Positions 59,075 to 64,000 of a stretch of DNA of 64,000 nt are shown here, one piece after another. The translations under genes and the position numbers were made by a program. Position 1 is the first letter of the stretch. The number at the start of each line of letters is the position of its first letter. The stretch is from an uncultured Bacilli bacterium (lineage in GTDB: Bacteria > Bacillota_I > Bacilli_A > RF39 > UBA660): contig CAKOLI010000001.1 in the NCBI GenBank assembly GCA_934096265.1, positions 77,512 to 141,511 of the forward strand, in the 5' to 3' direction. The notes beneath the pieces are model-generated. The model did no database searches and was not told the DNA's origin. It saw nothing but the letters and a program-made list of their open reading frames with translations.

Positions 59075-59536
59075 ATGAAGAAAATATTTAGTATACTTAG
59101 TGTAATAATGCTATCTTTTGCCCTAGTAGGATGTGGTACAGGCAAATACAAAGAAGGAACATACGAAGGAAGTGTAATAGATACCTACGGTGGAGAAAAT
59201 AACACTGCAAGCGCTAAAGTAGAAGTAGATTCTAAAGGTAAAATTAAATCAGTATACCTAGATACTACATATACTAAAGATGGAGTACAAACAACTAAGA
59301 AAACCCTAAAAGAAGATTATGGTATGAAAACAGCTTCTAAAAACATAGGTAAAATAGAAGGCGGAAAAGAATGGTACGAACAAGTAGAAGCATTAGAAAA
59401 AGAAGTAGTAAAAAATCAAGGCATTGACTTCATCAAATTAGATTCTGATGGTAAAACAGATGCAGTATCAGGATGCACAATGAAAATAGACGCTATGTAT
59501 AAAGCATTAGAAATAGCCCTAAATAAAGCAAAATAA
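59075..59536 (+). CDS. FMN-binding-domain lipoprotein (predicted ApbE flavinylation substrate)
   Basis: Lipobox LVGC. C-terminal DAVSGCTMK resembles the D-x-x-SGA[ST] flavinylation motif, with Cys for Ala. Confidence 0.7.
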   Translation: MKKIFSILSVIMLSFALVGCGTGKYKEGTYEGSVIDTYGGENNTASAKVEVDSKGKIKSVYLDTTYTKDGVQTTKKTLKEDYGMKTASKNIGKIEGGKEWYEQVEALEKEVVKNQGIDFIKLDSDGKTDAVSGCTMKIDAMYKALEIALNKAK

Positions 59537-59568
59537 AGTAACTACCTAAATAAAAGTAGTTACTTTTT
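59536..59568. terminator. bidirectional terminator between convergent genes
   Basis: AAAGTAACTAC-CTAAATAAA-GTAGTTACTTT. Confidence 0.8.
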
Positions 59569-60706
59569 AATTTGTATACCTTAAACTTTGATTTGATATA
59601 TTAAACACTATTCCTACTAAAAACATATAAGAAAGCAAACTAGAACCACCATAACTAATAAAAGGAAGCGTAATACCCATAATAGGCAAAAGACCAACTG
59701 TCATAGATAAACTCCATATCTGTTGAAACAAAAGCATCGCAGTAATCCCAATAACAGTATACTTATCTGTACTATCATATACCTTAGAAGAACAATTAAT
59801 CAAACTAATATCAAAATATGCAAACAAAATAATCAAACTAATAGAACCTATAAAGCCATAATTAGAAGCAAATACCCCATATATAAAATCAGTCTGTAAC
59901 TCAGGAAAATATATAGGAGTATTATTAAATCCATGACCAGTAGCACCCGCACTACCTATTGCAATAAGAGAATTAGTAAGCTGACTCCCACTACCAGTAG
60001 ACCAATTAATAATTCTATCAATCCTATAGAAAAAACTAGTACCAAATATTTTAATAAACAAATCATCATTAATAAAATAAATACCAAATAATACCCCTAA
60101 GAATAAAAGAAGTATTCCTCCTAAAGATATAAACCATCTCCTCCTAAATCCACCTACAAACATCATCACAACCGTTGTAAATAGATAAATAAGCACCGCT
60201 CCAGTATCAGGTTCTACAAACGTAAGAGCAGAAGGAATTAAAACTACTAACATAACCTTTAAAATAAACTTAAGCTCAACATCCACACTAGGATTAGTAT
60301 AAGTATTATTATAATCATTAATCATTCTAGAAAGCGTCAAAATAAGAATTACCTTCATAAACTCAGAAGGCTGTAACAAAAAAAATCCAAAATCAAACCA
60401 ACACCTAGAATTATTAACACTCTTACCAAAAAAAAGCACCAATACTAATAAAATAACATTAATAACATATAAAACATAAGCACTATTATGCAAAATTTTA
60501 TTCCCAATACTCATAATAGCATAAGCAACCCCAAAACCAAGTACATACCAAACAAACTGCTTCAAATACAAATTATGCATATAACTAGGAAGTAGGCTGC
60601 TAGCACTATATATAGTACTAACACTAATTAAAGCAAATAAAATTATAGGAATAATAATACTCATCTCAACCTTATATTTAGAAATATTTTTGATACAAAT
60701 CACCAA
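59567..60706 (-). CDS. SEDS-family peptidoglycan glycosyltransferase (FtsW/RodA/SpoVE)
   Basis: Ten-TM profile with EPDTGAVLIY, TDFIYGVF and GITLPFISYGGSS motifs. Confidence 0.9.
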   Translation of the reverse strand: MVICIKNISKYKVEMSIIIPIILFALISVSTIYSASSLLPSYMHNLYLKQFVWYVLGFGVAYAIMSIGNKILHNSAYVLYVINVILLVLVLFFGKSVNNSRCWFDFGFFLLQPSEFMKVILILTLSRMINDYNNTYTNPSVDVELKFILKVMLVVLIPSALTFVEPDTGAVLIYLFTTVVMMFVGGFRRRWFISLGGILLLFLGVLFGIYFINDDLFIKIFGTSFFYRIDRIINWSTGSGSQLTNSLIAIGSAGATGHGFNNTPIYFPELQTDFIYGVFASNYGFIGSISLIILFAYFDISLINCSSKVYDSTDKYTVIGITAMLLFQQIWSLSMTVGLLPIMGITLPFISYGGSSLLSYMFLVGIVFNISNQSLRYTN

Positions 60707-60792
60707 CTCTCTTTAAATATTATACCAAAAAAAATCAATATTAAATAACATATTTTAAAAAAACAAACATAATTTATATTGGAAGGTGAGTT

Positions 60793-61122
60793 ATGAATAA
60801 AAATATACCTAAAATGTATAAAAATAAAATAGATAAAAAACTAAATAATAGCCAGTTAGTATATTCTACTTTAAATAACAATAGTAATAATATAAATATT
60901 AACCCTAAAAGCAAAGAAGATAAAATACTAGATAAATTTACTCTCAATCAAAAAATATACAATATCTTTCATAGCAAAAACTACATCTATAAAGCGGATG
61001 TTACCATCGTAACTAAAAATAATACTTACAAAAAAAGAATAATAGCAAGAAGTGGTAACAATCTAATTACATTAGATAATGAATATATAAATATAGATGA
61101 TATCATAGATATCTACGAATAA
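60793..61122 (+). CDS. hypothetical protein
   Basis: 109-aa N/K-rich ORF followed by the hairpin AAATACAA...TTGTATTT plus a T run. Confidence 0.4.
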   Translation: MNKNIPKMYKNKIDKKLNNSQLVYSTLNNNSNNININPKSKEDKILDKFTLNQKIYNIFHSKNYIYKADVTIVTKNNTYKKRIIARSGNNLITLDNEYINIDDIIDIYE

Positions 61123-61209
61123 AAATACAAGTTAAATAATTTGTATTTTTTTAATTCTTGATGTACAATGAAAAGTAAAAAAGGAGAATTATGAAAGAAA
61201 GCGATAAAA

Positions 61210-61515
61210 ATGGCGGATGATAAACCAATAATAAAAGCAACTACTCCAAACAGTAATAAATATGATACTAAAATAGATGTGTATACTAAGGATCCTAAGG
61301 GTCCTCATGAATCAATTCATATTGTAATTGATAGTGATTCAAAATCCACACATATTATAGATACAACAAATGGTAGCACAGAACATACAGATATTAAATG
61401 TTATTTTAATTCGGCTTGCATGAAGTATTTCCAAGAAAATTTTGATGATAATTGTTATGAATTAACTGTATTAAGATGGTTTAGAGATAATTTTGTATCA
61501 AAAAAAGATAAATAA
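61210..61515 (+). CDS. hypothetical protein ending in a CxxxxC...DDNCYELTVLRWFRD motif
   Basis: 101 aa. The C-terminal motif is shared with ORF 18515..19132. Island-like codon usage. Confidence 0.4.
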   Translation: MADDKPIIKATTPNSNKYDTKIDVYTKDPKGPHESIHIVIDSDSKSTHIIDTTNGSTEHTDIKCYFNSACMKYFQENFDDNCYELTVLRWFRDNFVSKKDK

Positions 61516-61582
61516 GTAAAAATTTTACCTATTCATCAACAATCTGATATAGCCTATATAATCGAGAGTAGGCTATATTTCC

Positions 61583-62440
61583 TTATTTATATAACTCTCT
61601 TTTTAAAAGATCAATATTATCATTCATAATGGTTAAATAATTCTCATTAGAATTAGTAACCCCTCCATCGACAGAAAACATATCATTTACCTTAACCAAA
61701 GTGGCTTTCTTACTATCAAGTAACTTCTTAACAGTATCATTAGTATCATTATCCTTAGTATATATATACTTAATACTACCATTATTAATAAGTCTTCTAA
61801 CATCTTCTATCGTCTTTTGTGTCAAATTCTCATCTTCTTCTAAAGAAATAACCTTCAAATCATACTTCTCTAAAAACTTAAACACATGATTATCAACTAC
61901 AATAGTATCATAAGAAGAACTCTTAACCGCAGTCTTAATCTTAGCATCAAGAGAAGATAACTTCAACTTCAAACTCTCATAATTATCATCAACCTCTTTT
62001 ATCAAATAAGGATTACTTATATATTCATTAAGACCATTCTTAAGATTCTGTGCCATCATTAAATAATTATAAGGATTTAACCACAACTCCTCAATAGAAT
62101 TATTTATCTCCATCCCTAAAGCAACATCTATAATCTTCAAATTACTATTTTGATTAATCATCTTAACAGCATAATCCCTATCCCTATCAAGACTATTAAA
62201 AACAAACAAATCATTACTACTATAATCAGCTATCTGCTTACTAGTAAGCTCATAAGTAGTAACATCAACCCCATTAGGATATATACTATTAATCTTAGCA
62301 TTATTACCATATAAATAAGTAGTAATATAATTAATAGGATATATAGTAGTATAAATAACTATATCCTCCATATTATCCCTCTTAAAACATCCACATAAAG
62401 ATAAACATACCACTATTAACAAAATAAATTTCTTTTTCAT
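61583..62440 (-). CDS. TroA/ZnuA-fold solute-binding lipoprotein lacking the usual His ligands
   Basis: Internal start [18 protein letters not shown] (lipobox). The fold pattern [15 protein letters not shown]...[10 protein letters not shown]...DLFVFNS resembles cluster A-I SBPs, but the PHDYE-type His is VTTYE. Confidence 0.6.
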   Translation of the reverse strand: MKKKFILLIVVCLSLCGCFKRDNMEDIVIYTTIYPINYITTYLYGNNAKINSIYPNGVDVTTYELTSKQIADYSSNDLFVFNSLDRDRDYAVKMINQNSNLKIIDVALGMEINNSIEELWLNPYNYLMMAQNLKNGLNEYISNPYLIKEVDDNYESLKLKLSSLDAKIKTAVKSSSYDTIVVDNHVFKFLEKYDLKVISLEEDENLTQKTIEDVRRLINNGSIKYIYTKDNDTNDTVKKLLDSKKATLVKVNDMFSVDGGVTNSNENYLTIMNDNIDLLKRELYK

Positions 62441-62668
62441 ACTTAATTTACCCCTTTCTAACCTAGGCACAGGATCATATCCACCTTTACTAAAAGGATT
62501 ACATCTAAGTATCCTAAAAATACTTAAACATCCTCCTTTAAATATTCCATAAGTACTAATAGCTTCTTTAGAATAATCAGAACAAGTAGGGTAATACTTA
62601 CAATATAAATGGAACCTTCCTGGTATCCTTTGATATAAATTAATCAAACCTAAAAGTATACGCTTCAT
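62441..62668 (-). CDS. yidD: membrane protein insertion efficiency factor YidD, reading in frame into the downstream lipoprotein gene with no stop
   Basis: [68 protein letters not shown] is a complete YidD domain. The frame stays open into 62440. Confidence 0.8.
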
Positions 62669-62756
62669 ACTAATCACATATCCATTTTATCAAAAAAAAC
62701 AATCTTTGTCTATAAAAACAAAATTGTTTATACTAATTTAACATTTAACATACTAA

Positions 62757-63950
62757 TTATTTTAGTACATAATTCCTATTATCATGTACCATATCTTTAG
62801 ATAAAACTAACTTCTTATATTTACCCCTATTACTTTGTACCTCAAACCTAGCTTCTTTAGTTAAATTAAACATAATCTCAAACAAACTTCTAGCTCCTGT
62901 TTTAAGAAGTTGTGCTTGCTTTGCAATCGCAAGAATTACCTCATCATCATAAACCAAATCAACCCCATACAAACTAAATAACTCCTTAGTAAGCAACATT
63001 GGGCTATTAGAAGAATTATTAAGTATATCAGTTAAAATATCTATAGTCATAGGATTCATAATAATCTTATTATTACACCTCCCAATAAACTCAGGAAGTA
63101 ACCCATACTTATTAAAATTATCAGTAGAGTAGGGATTAGTCCTCTTACTTACATAATCTTTATTAAAACCAACAGGTTCCTTAGATATAACTTGTTCTCT
63201 AAGCCCAGAAAAAGCCCCCATTGCCACAAAAGTCATATTAGTAGTATTAAGAGAAATATCCCTCTTCTTATATTCAAAACAATAACTACCACCCTCCATA
63301 AGCTTAAGCAAAGACTCTAACACTCCAGCAGTAGCAACCTTCTCATTAGCCCCCATACTAGCTTTCTTATCAATCTCATCCACAACCAGTATTCCTCTTT
63401 CTGCAAGCCCAATATCATCAGAAGCACTAGCTAACAAATGAGCAAGCATCTCATCAACAGACTTACCAACATAACCCGCCATCGTATACTGAGTAGCATC
63501 TTCTACTACCATAGGAATATTTAAATCCTTAGATAAAAGCCTAAACAACTCTGTCTTTCCAACACCAGTATCTCCACATATCAAAATATTTTGCTTAAGC
63601 CTAGGATTATTAATCCTCTGATTAATATCAATCGCAGATATAACATCCTTAACCTGATCATTTTGCCCTCTTAAAGAATTAGTAACACGACTATATAAAC
63701 TACTAACATCAATATCTACACTTGAATTAATATTTGTACTAACCTTCTTACTAACATCCTTCTTAGAATCTAAAGAAACAACTTCTTGATATAATAAATT
63801 ATCATTATCGCTATAAATATCATTCTCACATAACATTTGAATAATATATTCACCAACTTCTCTAGCTTCTCCACATATAGCTTCCCCAACAGCCCTATAA
63901 GAAGATACTCCAAGATCTACTGCCTCCATCTCCTTAACCTGTTTATTCAC
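62757..63950 (-). CDS. ClpX-like AAA+ ATPase without the N-terminal zinc-binding domain
   Basis: Walker A GDTGVGKTE, pore loop TMAGYVG, Walker B ILVVDEIDK, sensor/arginine GARSL. No CxxC pairs at the N-terminus. GTG start is uncertain. Confidence 0.65.
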   Translation of the reverse strand: MNKQVKEMEAVDLGVSSYRAVGEAICGEAREVGEYIIQMLCENDIYSDNDNLLYQEVVSLDSKKDVSKKVSTNINSSVDIDVSSLYSRVTNSLRGQNDQVKDVISAIDINQRINNPRLKQNILICGDTGVGKTELFRLLSKDLNIPMVVEDATQYTMAGYVGKSVDEMLAHLLASASDDIGLAERGILVVDEIDKKASMGANEKVATAGVLESLLKLMEGGSYCFEYKKRDISLNTTNMTFVAMGAFSGLREQVISKEPVGFNKDYVSKRTNPYSTDNFNKYGLLPEFIGRCNNKIIMNPMTIDILTDILNNSSNSPMLLTKELFSLYGVDLVYDDEVILAIAKQAQLLKTGARSLFEIMFNLTKEARFEVQSNRGKYKKLVLSKDMVHDNRNYVLK

Positions 63951-64000
63951 AGTATAAGTACGAATATTATTATTTATTATTTTTTGATAATATAAATACT

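Overview
This 64-kb window comes from a very AT-rich, walled, low-GC Gram-positive (Bacillota-type) chromosome. It reads with the standard code: TGA is used as a stop and Trp is TGG. Most of the window is housekeeping backbone in classical Firmicute synteny. In order it holds prs, a ferredoxin, holA, rnhC-cvpA-trxA, and a monoderm Tad/Flp pilus locus (flp, two tadE-like genes, a cpaE/tadZ-like gene, cpaF/tadA, tadB, tadC). Next come sepF-divIVA-[T-box Ile]-ileS, [2x CIRCE]-hrcA-grpE-dnaK-pepF-dnaJ, rsmE-mtaB-murI and [L20 leader]-infC-rpmI-rplT. The remaining backbone is a divergent GH31-like protein, [T-box Leu]-membrane protein-leuS, an ApbE/NusG-II/Gx-transporter/FMN-binding flavinylation cluster, a SEDS protein, yidD fused to a TroA-like lipoprotein, and a ClpX-like AAA+ protein. 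I saw no rRNA genes, tRNA genes or CRISPR arrays. Two accessory regions stand out. (1) At 5.66-9.3 kb a structured 123-nt repeat with a G10 tract precedes a TasA-signal / FGE-like surface protein gene. The last ~140 nt of that gene are adenine-poor and rich in NNC codons, like the variable region of a diversity-generating retroelement. A 1.5-kb insertion with an ISAs1 transposase fragment follows. (2) At ~32.4-50.2 kb lies an ~18-kb island with clearly different codon usage (NNT/TTA instead of the backbone's NNC/CTA). It holds a decayed MobV relaxase and a tight seven-gene operon (truncated RelA/SpoT homologue, Pol-beta nucleotidyltransferase, GT-A glycosyltransferase, APH/CotS-like kinase, RmlA, RmlB, DegT-type aminotransferase). 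These are followed by two diverged tandem ValRS genes (one constitutive, one T-box controlled), a decayed adenylate-forming enzyme gene, two double-HTH XRE regulators, small membrane proteins and an IS481-like element with a 6-bp target duplication. The operon plus ValRS pair and the orphan DGR-like variable region are my best candidates for undescribed biology. All functional calls come from motif recognition by eye, and no database searches were run.
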